Positions 13,255 to 27,012 are shown, numbered from the whole stretch's first letter. The stretch: 63,948 nt of DNA, filler included, from Choristocarpus tenellus KU-1152 (GCA_964200185.2; 9 parts of 9 records of this genome joined end to end with filler, not necessarily neighbours in it); one strand, 5' to 3'. The notes: generated by a model from the letters alone, not told the origin. Numbers and translations: made by a program.

Positions 13255-13929
13255 GCTGAACTATTCATCCTCCCGAAACCGGTCCTATGCTTGGGTGGAG
13301 GTGCTGTGGTCCGCCTCATAGGCAAAGTGCAGCGGCAAACTTTGGGGCCAGGTGCAAATCATTATTACACCTGTGTATCACACGTTGCGGTTCTTGGGTC
13401 AACTATTCCATCTCTCAAGTTCAAGGCTTTCCCCATCAAGGACCGATCTCCAGAGTCCGCTGCTAGTGGACACTCCACTATTGTGGCGGGTGGCAATGTT
13501 GTCCTCAACTCCAGTACCAGGCCTAGGGAAGGTGATGAATCGGTGAAGGCTGAAGAACTTAAGGAAAGTTTGACATATGTGTCAAGTGCTCAAGATACCC
13601 AAAATAGCTCCAAAAAGTTAAAGTTGTTGCCAGGACGTGTTGGATGGTTTGCACGGAAAATTACGCTCCTGGTTCGGTGGAGGGGTAGCCTCGTGGGAAG
13701 TGAGACTCCTAGTCAGGGTGGGGGGTCTTCAGGGTTTCCGAAAAGTAAAGTTCGAGTTTTTGAGAGCGCCAGGTTCCAGGAGGTGCTTAAGGATCTCGCT
13801 TCACGTCAAGGGATTGAGGTGGGAGGTCTGCGTTTGGAGAATGCGTTGGGTGAGGAGCTTCCTGTACGTTTGTGTCCGTGTGACTTTAACATGAAGCCTT
13901 CAGACGAGATTGTGTGTGTATTGGATTGA
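13255..13929 (+). CDS. Open terminal exon (225 codons) ending in a SUMO/Rad60-SLD-like ubiquitin-fold domain; possibly transposon-encoded
   Basis: Acceptor ttttaacAG at 13254 is in frame with ORF 13291-13929. C-terminus KITLLVRW...KVRVFESARFQEVLKDLASRQGIEVGGLRL...GEEL....CPCDFNMKPSDEIVCVLD* follows the SUMO-like pattern. Confidence 0.45.
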   Translation, partial: AELFILPKPVLCLGGGAVVRLIGKVQRQTLGPGANHYYTCVSHVAVLGSTIPSLKFKAFPIKDRSPESAASGHSTIVAGGNVVLNSSTRPREGDESVKAEELKESLTYVSSAQDTQNSSKKLKLLPGRVGWFARKITLLVRWRGSLVGSETPSQGGGSSGFPKSKVRVFESARFQEVLKDLASRQGIEVGGLRLENALGEELPVRLCPCDFNMKPSDEIVCVLD

Positions 13930-14819
13930 GGCTATGCAGAGAAAGAGGAAAAGTAATAAGTGTTTAGACTTGCTCTTTGTTATAGATGAGGATGTTGTGC
14001 CAATTTAAGAAGTCTTAGGATGGTGAGTGGTTGCATTGAAGAGGGGGCGAGTCTTGGCAGTTTCGGCATACACGGGTTGGAGGCACTAAGTCTTTGAGAA
14101 TAGGCTATCAAGCGCACTTTGGGGAGAATCTTCCCATCTTGTTTTTTTTAACACTTCCCCCATGATGCCAACTTGTAAGTCACAGTGACTGAATGTGCAG
14201 TTTCTTTTTGTTTGTTGGGAGGGAACTTGTTGAAGAGGAACAACAGTGCGGATGTCAAAAAATATATTTAGACTTTGGTGGGAACAGAAAATTGTTTTGA
14301 TTGCCATCAGTAAAAGCATTTTGTATTTTGCTGGAAAGAAACCATTGTACTCAATTTCAGGAGCGATTGATTTTTCATTGGAGACAGAATAGGACACCGA
14401 CAACCTGGTAAGAGATCAGAACTTGGTCTACATAAAATTCATGGTACAATAATCGTTCTCTATGGGTGCAGAAATAGTCAACTACAGACAATGAGCAATC
14501 TCTCAACTACAAATTTTCCACACAGAACAGAAGGTTAGCTATTGGAGTCCCTTTCTATTAGTAGTTCTTGAGAAAATAGTAGGTCACTGGCAGTAAGCGA
14601 CATGGACTTCTTAGGTGTCTTACTTAGTGCAGTGAATTATTTTTCGGGTCATAGTACAGTAGTTGATATATCTGTGTTGGAGGAAACTAGTGTGTTCTAC
14701 TGTTTTCGTAGAATCCATTGGCACAATTTATTGTTACTAGGTACCACAACTTTGAGCTGATGGGGATGGAGATGGTGGTGGGAGGTGACACATCAATGGG
14801 AGGGAAGAATAGTATACTT

Positions 14820-15480
14820 ATTTCAACACTTCGATATGATGACAACTAGGAGATACTCGAACATCTGGGAAGTGAACAAAGGGATGGAAAAGAGAGAGCT
14901 CGGTCTGAGGAGAGTACTCTTTGGGTGTGATTGTGGTGGGAAATGATATGTTAAAAGGAAAAAAGGCCAGGAAAAGAGGAGATGACAAGGTGTCAGCAGG
15001 TTCTGAGAAGGTTTGAAATCCAACTACTCTGCACCTTCTCAGGGTAAAGACAAAAGGGTGGACTCCTTAGGCAATACTCACACTGCGTTACCCCTGAAAT
15101 TGAAGTGGGAGAGGGTGGTGGCAAATGGCATAATACCATAGAGAACAGAATCGATGCAATGATGGGGGGTGACAGTAGCCTTGTAGAATGTGGATCTGTC
15201 AATGGTGCACCATCTACATGCCAATGTCAGGAGTACAACTGCCAATGCGTGTTACTTTTAGGTCTGGGAATGATAGCCATGTTTTTCTTTTTTTGTGACT
15301 GTCCCTCACCCCATTCATTTGTGAAGATTGTGTCCCCCAACCGACACAACATTTCTCCTATCTACAACAGGGCTTACCTACTAATAGAATCGAACTTTTA
15401 CAACTTCCATCATGATGACACAATACTGGCTGGTGTTGAGCTTTTCACAGGTAGTCTACCATATAGAGGGCTGGTGTTCC
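14820..15480 (-). pseudogene. Decayed non-LTR (LINE) RT fragments
   Basis: KFDSISR (D..KAFD.I-like) followed by ILQG...LSP-like motif. Confidence 0.3.
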
Positions 15481-15544
15481 CATCTGCCGGTCCTAGGTCT
15501 GGGTTCTTGGTATATTTAGACGGTGTTGTTTTGTCCTCTCCATT

Positions 15545-15852
15545 TTATGCACACCATATACAGTTTATCGCTGTGCTGCTGTGAACATTATAAACTATTA
15601 AGATTGCGTTAAAGATATCCAAGACTATTTGACTCAAAGCAAATCCATTATTTGGGACATGATGTTAGGTCACAAGGAATAACTATATCACGAGCTTGTA
15701 TTCAAGATTTTTTAGAAATTCATCCTCCCCAGACTGTGAAACACTTACGATCTTTCTTAGGTTCTATTAACTTAGCCAGAAAATGTATTCCTCACCAAGC
15801 AACGGCGACAGAACTGTTGGTGGAATTGATTCGCCATATACAAAGGGTGTAA
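15545..15852 (+). pseudogene. Ty3/Gypsy RT C-terminus and connection remnant
   Basis: LLGHDVRSQGI...PPQTVKHLRSFLGSINLARKCIP. Confidence 0.8.
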
Positions 15853-18800
15853 AAAAAGAAAGCATACTGTTCGTAGATAGTGCTGCTGATACACTATAGA
15901 CACCATCGGTGGAGTAGATTAGGAAATGCAGACACCACNNNNNNNNNNNNNNNNNNNNNNNNNNNNNNNNNNNNNNNNNNNNTTAATTAATTAANNNNNN
16001 NNNNNNNNNNNNNNNNNNNNNNNNNNNNNNNNNNNNNNGGGGGGAAAGGGAGAGAGGAAGGGGCGGGGACCCTGTCACGTCGGCGGTAGACTATAAAGTT
16101 ATGATATTTGCCACACCATAAATTCCTTTTTGTTGCTTTCTCACTTCTTGGGTAGAGAGGGGGAGGAGGAACGGTTGTGTCCGTTTGACTGTTGGAGCTA
16201 TCAGAATGGTTGCCTTGGAAGTAGGAGGACTACAGGGTTGAGGATTGTTTTGCCCTGGTGTGTGGTTCACCCCCCTATTTTTTTATCTGTCAATTTTGCT
16301 TCTTTTTTTTCCTACATGGGTTAGGGTTAGGGAAGCGGTGGGGGTGATTGTGAGTTTGCTGGGAGTTGGTGGAGACACTATTTTGTTTTTATCACCCCCT
16401 GCCCCCTGCCCCCCAGCCTCCATATATATATGTATGTATCTTGACAGTAGCAAGTACTACTTTCTGTGACAGTTAGCTAATGAGTTTGTGAGAAGTTGGA
16501 AACAAAGAAGTAAATCCACCCCTCAACATGTGTTGCAGAGTGTGTCAAGCCCACCTCCTGTCCCCCCATAGTGGAAAGCTGGGAGTGGGTGGAGGTGTTG
16601 CAACCACAGTAGTATATCATGATGTAATCTGTGTTTTGTATCATTGAAAATATTGCCTAGGAGGAAGGGTGAAGAAGAATGCACTACAGTTAGCCTTAGC
16701 TTTTGATCTCATTTTTTTTTTTTAGTTTGTTTTTGGAAGAAGAAGAGTGATTTCTTCATCTAATCCCGTTTCAGTTGGTAAATGTTAGGTTCTTGGTATT
16801 GTAGTTGAAAGACCAAGCAATTCTGGAAGGAAAGGAGTCAGTTCTCCCCAAGTCTACATTCTTACCCCTAATGATAGTTGGAGCTGGTACATGAGATACA
16901 AGTTAATATGGAAATATATTTTGTTGAGATGGCAGGGTGGCAATCTTGGCCCCGGTTCATGGTGTTTCTTCCTCCACTTTTGTTCAGTTGTTACTTTGCT
17001 GGCTGGGTGGGAGAGGAATCTTGATCAAGAGAACTGATTATATCAGTCGGTTGTCGGGTGATTATGGGTTACTTCTCCATACCTCAAGAAACATTTAGAG
17101 ACACCTATTTGGTGTCACCAAAACAGGCCATACCCAGTGTTACCAGGATAATAATAGCACATGCACCTTCGAAGTATTAGCCTCACCCAACTGTGAGGAG
17201 AAAAGAGACTAAAGGATGATGCATCTCCTGTCTCCTACAATTGATAGTAAGGTTAATGTTGCTCCACTCTACAGCTGGCCATCGATGTTGATTACTGACT
17301 TCCTGAGCTAGTATCCACAAATGAACCTTATTCACCTGCATCAATTGGATACATACAATCAATGATGCATCAAAAAGAGTGTTATTATTGCAACCCCCAA
17401 AACTCTTAAATGCCTTTTCTTACTTTAATGATCCCAGGGGCATGTCTTCATCAAACAAGCCACATATTTAATCAAAAGTAGCCAGCCACACTTGGTGTCT
17501 TGTTTGGAAAAGGTAGAGTGGTTGTACCTTTTATTGCTGTGTTCATAGATTTTTTTATTTTTCCATTCCTCTTGTTGTGTTGGTTGTTCCATTCTGAACA
17601 CAGGTAGGTCTTGAGAATATTGGACTGTTAACAAAAAGGTAGGACTCATAAAGTAAACAGCTTGGTTGGAGTGAACAGGAAATGAAAACCCCACCTTTCA
17701 TTGTTCAGTGAGACTATATTTATCCCACAGGGAATTACTTAGATGGAGTTTGACTGACTATTGACTCGAGCCAATGAATGCAATGGGTACCTCAAACAAG
17801 GGGTAACAAATGAGTGAAGAGCAAGTCGTAGAACTAAGAAAAAATTCTCATTAATTATTATAATACTCTTTCACCTCACATAGTTTGCATAAACAAATTA
17901 TGCATTCAATAACAAAACATTGCTCATGTCCAACAGAAATGAGCGTGAGCAGACATTGGCTCAAGACACCAAAACACTCACAAACATGTTACACATTTCA
18001 CAGGCAAAACCTTTCCCGGATATCTTGGTCCCAGTCTCTAGTCACCAAGGAGGAACAAACTGCTACTATTACTACTACTACACATACTACACATTCTTCA
18101 CAAGTTCCAACAATGCGGATGCACCGATTCAATCATGGTTCACATCATTTGTTGCATGAAGTTCAATGCCTATTCTTCATACAGTCTACATGTTTTCAAA
18201 GTCCTCACATCAAACCATGGTACGCACCAACACAAATTCGAAGTATACACATACGTACACAGCAGTTTACCCCCCAAGTTGTAGAGGCATGCAGAACACA
18301 GTTAAGCAAAACTGCGAATACATTGCAATCAACCTCTGCTCTACATGTCATCCGTTTCAAGTTTGGACACATTTGTATTGCCCATCTCCTCTAAACACTG
18401 GCGGTGGGATTCAGAACATTCCCTGTGAGAAAGGGCCTCGGTCCTTAGTGGACTGGAAAGTTTCAATTTAGCAAAGAAAATGCTAATGTCTTCCACCTTT
18501 GTATCAGACAATGGAGTAGGCAAATCAGAGGACAACAAAGGACCACGGTATGAAGGGGTCAAAGAGGGGAAAGTGTCAGCCTTATCGAAGAATGGGAATG
18601 GGATTAAAAAAAAAATCGGACTATTGGCGATATGTACAGTCGATGCACTCTTCAATTACATCCTTTCAAGGTAAAAACAGATGATGATTCACACAATATC
18701 ACACGACCTAGCAACTGCATTGTCACAGTGCCAACAAATTGCATGAACACCACAACTCCATCACCATCAAAATATCACCATCAAAAAGCAAGCAGGGGTC

Positions 18801-19686
18801 AAGCACAAATACAAGTTAAAACAAACGGATGAAGCCTTTCACCATGGCAAGGAATGGCAATCACATGAAAGCCTAACACTCATCTCAGGTTTTTCTTTTC
18901 ACACATGGGTTCGAATTTCTCAAACCTTTGGAAAGAGATTGTCAAGAAGAAAAAGCACTAAATGGACTAACATGGCAGACAGAAACAAACATGTATCACC
19001 ACACTACTAATACAACCCACCTAATGCAACAGACCATTCCCTAAAAAACATTCCCCACCCCTCCACATCTAAATGCATCATTTCTGCAATATCTCTGTGA
19101 GTGCATTTCTTCTGACAGACACATAGTCCGATATCTAACCTCTCTCACATTGTCTGCGACTTGGTTGCTATACATGAATCGCTCCCCATTGTTTCTCAAC
19201 AGCCCAAGAGCACCTTTACACAGTTCATTGGCAAACCCAACACACTTGGGGTGGTTCCTGAAACAACAGGTTGGCAGTCAAGGAAAGAAAAAATTAAAAT
19301 AAAAAAATCAATAAAATGAAACATAGAGTGATGCAAACAAACCAAAGGTTCATATAAAACAAAACAGACGGTACATCGCAGGTCTTTAACTCCTGTACCA
19401 GAGGATGCCTATAATATCCCTTCTGGGTCAGGTATCTTATCATGCAATTGGTAAAAACAATTGCTTTCAGTTCTTGAGGGGGTGGGGAGGAAGAAGCTTG
19501 AAAAAAACTTGCAAACTAGCTACTCGGCTATCTTAGTAAAATATAAATAAAATATAAATGCAGTCACACACAGCAAGTTTCATTGGGATGTCAAACAAGA
19601 AGATCAGTCTAACGTGTGTGTGTGTCCCTGCCAAGTCCCTCCTAACCAACAATCTCCCCAATGCATAGAACATCTACATACTATAA

Positions 19687-19689
<3 letters not shown>

Positions 19690-19765
<76 letters not shown>

Positions 19766-19770
19766 TGTGT
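19690..19770. repeat. (TG)n microsatellite
   Basis: Read directly. Confidence 0.95.
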
Positions 19771-20331
19771 ACAGGCCGATTTTATGTGGGAATAATAATA
19801 ACAAAACAAAATTAATTGTGGATAGAAATCTGACCATCCGACACTATTGACACGATCCACAATGGCACGCATTTTTTCGGAACACGTTTCAAAACACCGA
19901 TGCTGGCTCAAAAAAATAAAATCAATAAAATCACCTCATCTTAAGACCCCCCATTGGTTCATTTTCTAAGTCTCTGAAATTACCCTATCCCTCCTTGCAT
20001 CCATCGCCATCAGACACACACCCAGAGAAAAAAAAAAAGTCTGAAAAACATAAAGAGCAAGAACAGAAAAGAAGATAATCACCCACCCCACCCAACACGT
20101 AGATTGAGTTGATCAAGTTGATCAAGAACAAACCTGTTTCAAAGGCAAAACATCGAACCCTCATACTCCTCACCCCCACATCACAGTTTGCCCCTAAATG
20201 TCGTCCACCCTGAAAAATGCCAATACTGTGGGCACAGGCTTACCATACGCAAATATTAACTAGGGAGGGAGTAGAAGAAAAAAAAGTGAAAGCATTTCCG
20301 ATCGTTGACAATGAGACCTGTACGTCCAATA

Positions 20332-20593
20332 GAGTGAAAGTATCTCAGAGGGTATGAGGTTTGCCCTGTTTGTTTATTTGGGGCTTGATTTCCCATGGGT
20401 TATTAATTACATTATACCTAATCCGAAATAGTTTGGAGTAGGTAAAATGCGATGTTATGAAAAGGTGTGTCTGGAACAAGGATATTAACGCTTCCTAACA
20501 AACTCGATAGCCAAAATTACATCAAAATATCAACATTGAATTTTGGGCCCCAAATGGACGCGGCTCTACCCTAACCCTAAGATACTTTGACTC
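20332..20593. mobile_element. MITE family A, complete, TSD AATA
   Basis: Both TIRs present; AATA on both sides; CCCTAA-type insertion inside the right TIR. Confidence 0.93.
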
Positions 20594-22189
20594 AATACAT
20601 ACATGACTTACCACAAGTATTCATAAAAGAACCCGGATAAGGTATCCCTCATATATGTGAATCTATGATGAGACTTAGTTCAAGACGTGTTCGTGTTCGT
20701 GTAAGTGTACATCTAAGCTAACATATAGTTGATTTGAAATATGTACACACATGTATTTAAATTATTATTGATATTTATATTATTTTTAATACCCACGATT
20801 CTCCTCCCGGATCATGTCACTTCACAATAAAAAATATTAATAAAGAAAAATCAAGAGTACACCTAATCAAGGTCAACTCTTCTGTTTTACAAAGATATTT
20901 GTTCATGACTAGCAACCAAGAATAACCTGACGCTCACATGTTCACTCCTTAACTCCTGTCTCAATTCAATCCCCACTACTCCCCAAAATACCGGTCAAAT
21001 AAAATAAAACTGCATCCTATCCTGTAAGGGATCCAATCTCACCTTCAAGGATCATACCTGTTCCACCTTTAATTCAGAGTTGAACAAAAGATAAAAATGA
21101 TCCACTCACCTAACTTTCTAAATACAAAACAGAAGATAATACAATAAAAATTTCATCTCTCCACAGCAGACCCCTTTGCATGCACACATGCATCACCCAA
21201 TACCACAAACCACACCATACCACACCACACCTGGCCATATACATGCTCAACTCCATGACAACCCCTAGTGCACGACTTGACTCCGCCATCAAGAATGTCA
21301 TGTGCCCCTCCCTGTGCAGTCGCATGAGGGTAGTCATGGTTGAATAGAAGTGACTCAAAGCATCAATGGCCGTCATACCAACACGCCACAAAAATGGTCG
21401 CCCTGCCAAGATATAGTACTCCAGGCTGTAGCTGAACACATGCACCTGCAGAGCAAGAAACATGTTCAATCAAGAATGTCTCAGCTGCAGCAGTTTGGTG
21501 GGATGCGTCCTAAGAGATGAATCAACCTCAAGGGAGGGCACAAAAATCTTTGGTCAAATTCAATAGATTCTAAACACCAACGGGAATTTCTTCATCAAGT
21601 CATATGCCGCTTAACTCCAACACCTGTATCCTGTGAGAAAACTTCCGCAAGAGATTTGACTGATTCCCCCCCCCACAGTTACTACGTACCACTTCAGAGG
21701 CTCTATCTCAATATCACCAGACCATTAATCACACCACCCTATCACTCTCTTTCCCTAGCTCTTCACCCCCCAAAACATTATGTAACAACTAAACCTACCA
21801 CAACAAACCATTTCCATAAAAAAAAAGCAACAAAAGCCAATGAGGTCATACTGCACTGTCTCTCTATATATAAAGCGAATGAGAATCTACGCAGTACCAT
21901 CGCAACCAACAAAAACAAAATAAAAGGAAATATACCATAGCACACCACTGACAGAAAACACCACTCTAAAATCAACAATTCTATCAAGCCAACCGAAGCT
22001 AACCCTAACCTACAACTCTTACATGTCAACTCAAAAATCGAAGGCTTACTGAATGTCCCCCCCCCACCACCATCCAACCCCAAACCCTTCATCTACTACT
22101 TCACTCCTCCCAAACCCCACCGTGTATTCCAGCTTAAGAGGGTCTTCGCTAAGCCCCTTCCAACCTCCCCTCCCACTAACGCTGCAAGC

Positions 22190-22410
22190 AGAAGTTTGTT
22201 CACCAACACCCGAATGCAAGCCATCTCCACGTATCCCTTGCTGTACCCTCCCTTCAGCACATCGGCCACTCAGGGTTGCCTTGGGCAAGAGACCCAGCTC
22301 ATCGGCGATATCAAGAAGGCGTACGACGTGTGGCCGGATTCGTTGCACAGTTCGACGAACATCAACACCCTGCTTCACCCTCCGAAGGCGGGCACTGGCT
22401 GTACGTAACG
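22190..22410 (+). pseudogene. Non-LTR (LINE) RT fragment
   Basis: LIGDIKKAYDVW..SL matches the D..KAYD.V motif. Confidence 0.45.
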
Positions 22411-22681
22411 ACACCTCATCAGAAAACAAAACAAAAACAAAACAAACAAAAACAAACAAACAAACAGACAAACAACAAACACAAAACATGCACAGGAAAG
22501 GAGATGATGGTTAGGTTTGGTTGCTGCAATTAACAAGAATAAAGCCTTGCAATAGCCAATAGCGCTGGGGTTGTTCATCTGCCCTGAAGGTTTCCATTCC
22601 TGTGGGCATTTCCTCACCAAATTTCGCCAAATTGTTTCTAGAGCTTCAAAAGACCACCATTAGTGCAAAAAAAAATGAAAT

Positions 22682-22704
22682 ATTAGGGTTAGGGTTAGGG
22701 TTAG
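22682..22704. repeat. Interstitial telomeric repeat (TTAGGG)n
   Basis: TTAGGGTTAGGGTTAGGGTTAG read directly. Confidence 0.85.
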
Positions 22705-22761
22705 CTAGTAAAACCTCGGTTTGAAGACTCTTTCCTCAATACAAATAAACATAACTATATT

Positions 22762-22985
22762 ACACTTGAGGGCTAAACTGTTGGCCTAGTATCATAAACA
22801 AACCCATCAAACAAGGCAATGGGTAAGTATGTCGGGGCTCCATTATCCACATCACTGCGCTTCCACCTGCTAAACACTTGAGGGTTAACTGTTGACCTAG
22901 TATCATAAACAAACCCATCAAACAAGGCAATGGGTAAGTATGTCGGGGCTCCATTGTCCACATCACTGCGCTTCTACCTGCCAAA
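22762..22985. repeat. 112-bp direct tandem duplication
   Basis: ACACTTGAGGG... starts at 22762 and 22874; only a few substitutions between copies. Confidence 0.92.
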
Positions 22986-25900
22986 CAAGTACCCCACTAA
23001 GCCCCGAACGCACCATCATCTGTGTCCCTCCCAGCTTGAGGGGCTTCCCAAGGTGGGGGGCTCAGAGGAGCACATACCTAGCCTACATTCAGCAATGGTG
23101 ACCAATGCATTGGCTGGGGTAGACAGCCAAGAAGCAAAATTTGAGGAGTGCATACCTGGTCAGCCTACCCTACCACAGAATACGTGGAGAGTGAAAAGGA
23201 CCTTTAGAAAGATTACACAATACACACTAGGTTCGCCTTCCATGCCTCTACCAACACATGCCCACACTACTCCCAATGACACCAACATAAGGTGGCAATA
23301 ATTTCTCAACGATATCTGGAAGGGTCAATTGTGCTGATTATCTTTCCTCCACCTCATTAAGGCGTGTTGGTTGCCTTTCAACACCAGCAACAACGCCTTG
23401 AAAAAATCTTGTATGCAAAAAAATAAAATAGATTAAATTTTTTTTTTGGAGTATATCTTCATCCCACTTCATCATCATTTCAGTTTGCTTTCTTTTCCCA
23501 AGAAGTAATTGTCAAGAGACAATTGACAAACTTATCAAGGTATCTATCTATCTATCTATCTATATATATATATATATGTACCTCCATGAGGGCCACACTC
23601 AAGCGCTCTTGTGGGGAGCGCTCCTCGATGAAGTGAGATATCCGTCCCACTTCATGCAAGGCCAGCTGAAGGTATTCACAGTTCCCAGTAGAGTCAAAGA
23701 GTCGCTCACATAACCCTGCCACACCCACAGTCAGGGCCACACCTGCACCCTTGGCCTGCAACGAAATCAAACGAAAGTGACATGTTTGACAGTTACAAAT
23801 CTGTGGCAGTTACACTCCTGTAGTCGGCGTTGACAGCTGGAAGCAAAAGAACAAAAAAGTAGAGGTAGCAGGACAGACACTACGAGCTCATTGGCTAAAT
23901 TTGAAAAATAGAAAATGGTCGGTCAACCCTCATAAATTTTACTTTTTTTTAAACTACGGCATGTCTCACCCACCCCCTTGAATATGACAAGAAAATAGAA
24001 AAAGCATGTCTTGGTAGCGGTGTTGTTATGCTGATAAGCAATAAAAAAAAGCACATAGAAAAAAGGCTAGGGTTAGGGCTGGCACCGTTGTTGCAGTTAG
24101 AATAAGGGTTAAGGGTAATTCGACGCCTAGTGTACTTCGGTAGATATTTGACTCAAAAATGGAGGAGGGGAGAGATACTCATGCAAACGGCTTGGGGTAA
24201 GGTGAATAGGGCAGAAAGATTAAACCTGCTACTTTCATGAGCCTCACCTGGTTCAGCAGTAGCCTCAAGTCTACCTTGTTTTCTGCCAAGACCTGGCCTA
24301 ATTGGGGCTGAAACTCTTGGTCTTCATCCAGCCTTTGAAGCAACTCCAACACCTGAACAACCACCCAACATACATCTTACTTTGTAAGAGAGACGGCCAC
24401 TAAAACGATTCACCTGCATCAATCATAAACCCTATATATAGACCTGAGCATCATACCAAGCATGTGAATTAAGGTTGTCATCTTAGACAACATTACCCCA
24501 CATGACTTTGAAACAAACAACGGATAGTTTGTTGGTTGGGGCTTGAACAAACAGCAGCAAGTATTTCACCGCCATACCAGCCTACCAACTCCCCCAACTT
24601 CATCAGCATCAATGTCCAATTCATCACAACAATAGGTATCACTATCATACCGGAGTCCTATATACACTCCCCACATATTGGAAAGGTTCATTTCTTGGAA
24701 TACATCCTATCACATCTGTAACCAACAGTTTCGGAACAGTACATCCCACCAATAGCACAAGGCTTGTTGTACATAACTGTACAAACAAAAAATGTCCCAG
24801 GTGAACAAATTGATTTATCTCGACCAGTTCCACAGTAACACCATGCACACACACACACACACGCACACACACACACACTCCTCGCAGCTGGAGTCAACCC
24901 CATACAAGACATTAAGCACAGACCATGAAGCACACAATACAAAATTTCGACACATGCCTGACGTGACCCACACCCAGCACAAAACTGTAACAGTAACAAA
25001 ACTGTAACCAACAGAAACCACAGAGAGATGGATCAGGAATTGTACACTAAGATAACACTCCATAATCACACTCTATATTCCAACCAGAACCCTTGCTTCA
25101 AAAGATTACTGATGTATTACATCATAGGGTTAGGGAAGTGTCTTCAAAGATGTCTGCCAAAAAATGTGTAAAATCGGAAACTGCTGACCTCAAGGAATGT
25201 TCATCATCGGAGTGATACAATGGACAAGATTTACCATGGGACAGACCCTAACCCTACTAAAGTCCATTGTGGAAGGACAGCAATATCATTTTCCATCAAG
25301 CAACCATTGTGTCATTTCTAAGACACCATAGGAACACATGGCTGAACACTTCCCCATGATCCTCCAATCAGAAAGCAATAATTAGTGACTGCAGGGGCAG
25401 CATTATCTACCAACATGGTTCAAAGGTGATCTTGGAAAACATGGGGAATACCCATAACCCGTCAGCAGTTGTCCTCGAGGCCATACATCTGAACTCTCCT
25501 GTCCCACCAAGAGAACCTAACCAATACTTGCTTGACAACAGTCAGAACTCACTGAGGTATAAGTGCAGCAAAACAGAAAAAAAATATCAAAGAGCTTACT
25601 CACTGTGACGTAACATGTGAGGACCTATAGGAAAAAATCGACCAATCAGACACTCCTCGTTCCAAACCAAGTTAATTAGTCTCTTGTTTCACAACTTGCC
25701 TACTCATACACTACCAAAACCAACCTAAGCAGCGGGTAGGGCAGTGAACTGCTTGCTCTGAACAGTAGCCCATCACTTCTCATACTCATTGGGAGAAATC
25801 AGATACATTACCAATAACTTTCTTATCTATGTCCCCAAAATCCCAGACACAGAACTAGGTATGAACAAGGAAACGCCTCCTTGCCAATCAAAACCATCCC

Positions 25901-26425
25901 ATAGGGTCGATTATCGTGTCTCGATCAAGTACACCCCCATATCAAAAACTAGAAACAGAAATATTAACTCTTTTCCAATGTGTAAGAATCATTAACTACT
26001 TTCCAATGTTTTAAGAATAATAAAACTACTTTCCAATGTGTAAGAATCATCAACTACTTTCATATGTGTAAAAACCATCAAGACAAGACAAACTAAGAAG
26101 CAAAAAAACTGTTTTCCCACCCACTTCAATACCCTGCACCTTACACAAACCAACTCTTCAAAGAAACTCCACAAGTAGAGTAGAAAACTTCCCTCCACCT
26201 CTCCCTACCCGTGTTCTAACATAACAAACACCAAAAAAGACCACCCACTTTCAAAACCATCAATCTACTCTTGAATGCAATAGCCGACAGATCTTGACTG
26301 TCAAGAACAGGTCTCACTGCAAACAACAATCAACAAGGCAGTGCTTCCTGTGCACCTCCCACTAGAAATCAAAGCACACAAACTATCACAAGCATCAGTT
26401 GACGCACAGTTGACACACAAAAGTA

Positions 26426-26603
26426 GGCGCAAAGTATCTGGGGGGGGAGGGGGAGGGTGGCGACAATCCATTTGGGGTCAATTTTTTCATGTCGCGAATT
26501 TTAGGACATTAGGTTGTATTCATCGAATGTATAACAACATGAATGAAAGTACACTTTTTCATGATTTTGGTTCAAATGGACACCCTGGTGTAGACTCCCC
26601 CCC
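26426..26603. mobile_element. MITE family B, cut by contig end in its C-run
   Basis: GGCGCAAAGTATCTG(G)n...CCATTTGGGGTCAATTTTTT...ACACCCTGGTGTAGAC(C)n. Confidence 0.88.
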
Positions 26604-26703
26604 NNNNNNNNNNNNNNNNNNNNNNNNNNNNNNNNNNNNNNNNNNNNTTAATTAATTAANNNNNNNNNNNNNNNNNNNNNNNNNNNNNNNNNNNNNNNNN
26701 NNN

Positions 26704-26753
26704 GGAACTACACCAGGGTGTCCATCTGACTCAAAACCAAGAAAAGGGCACTT
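26704..26753. mobile_element. MITE family B fragment at contig start
   Basis: CTACACCAGGGTGTCCAT...GAAAAGGGCACTT is the reverse complement of family-B internal sequence. Confidence 0.7.
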
Positions 26754-27012
26754 GAAGCAAAATATCTTAGAGGGTAGAGCCGCATCCATTTGGGGGTCAA
26801 AATCCAATGTTACGATTTTGATGTAGTTTTGGCTATCGTTTTTGTTAGGAAGTGTCAATATCTATGTTTCAGACACGCTTTTTCATGAAGTATACTTTTT
26901 CCCTATTATGAAACATTTTGGAGTAGGAAAGTGTCATAAAAAGACCCATGTGAAGCCAAGCCCCAAATGGACAAACAAGGCAAAATTCGTACCCTCTAAG
27001 ATACTTTCACTC
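26754..27012. mobile_element. MITE family A, complete, adjoining a family-B fragment
   Basis: GAAGCAAAATATCTTAGAGGG...AAGATACTTTCACTC; flanks CACTT/TACTT. Confidence 0.9.

Noticed and set aside
19604-19911. HTHT/CVCV repeat ORFs (also 24645-25069)
   Set aside because: Translations of (TG)n/(CA)n microsatellites.
16500-21900. Fanzor/TnpB, viral or other exotic genes in the long unexplained stretch
   Set aside because: No RuvC, capsid or polymerase motifs recognised; looks like old decayed repeat DNA, though a profile search could reveal more.
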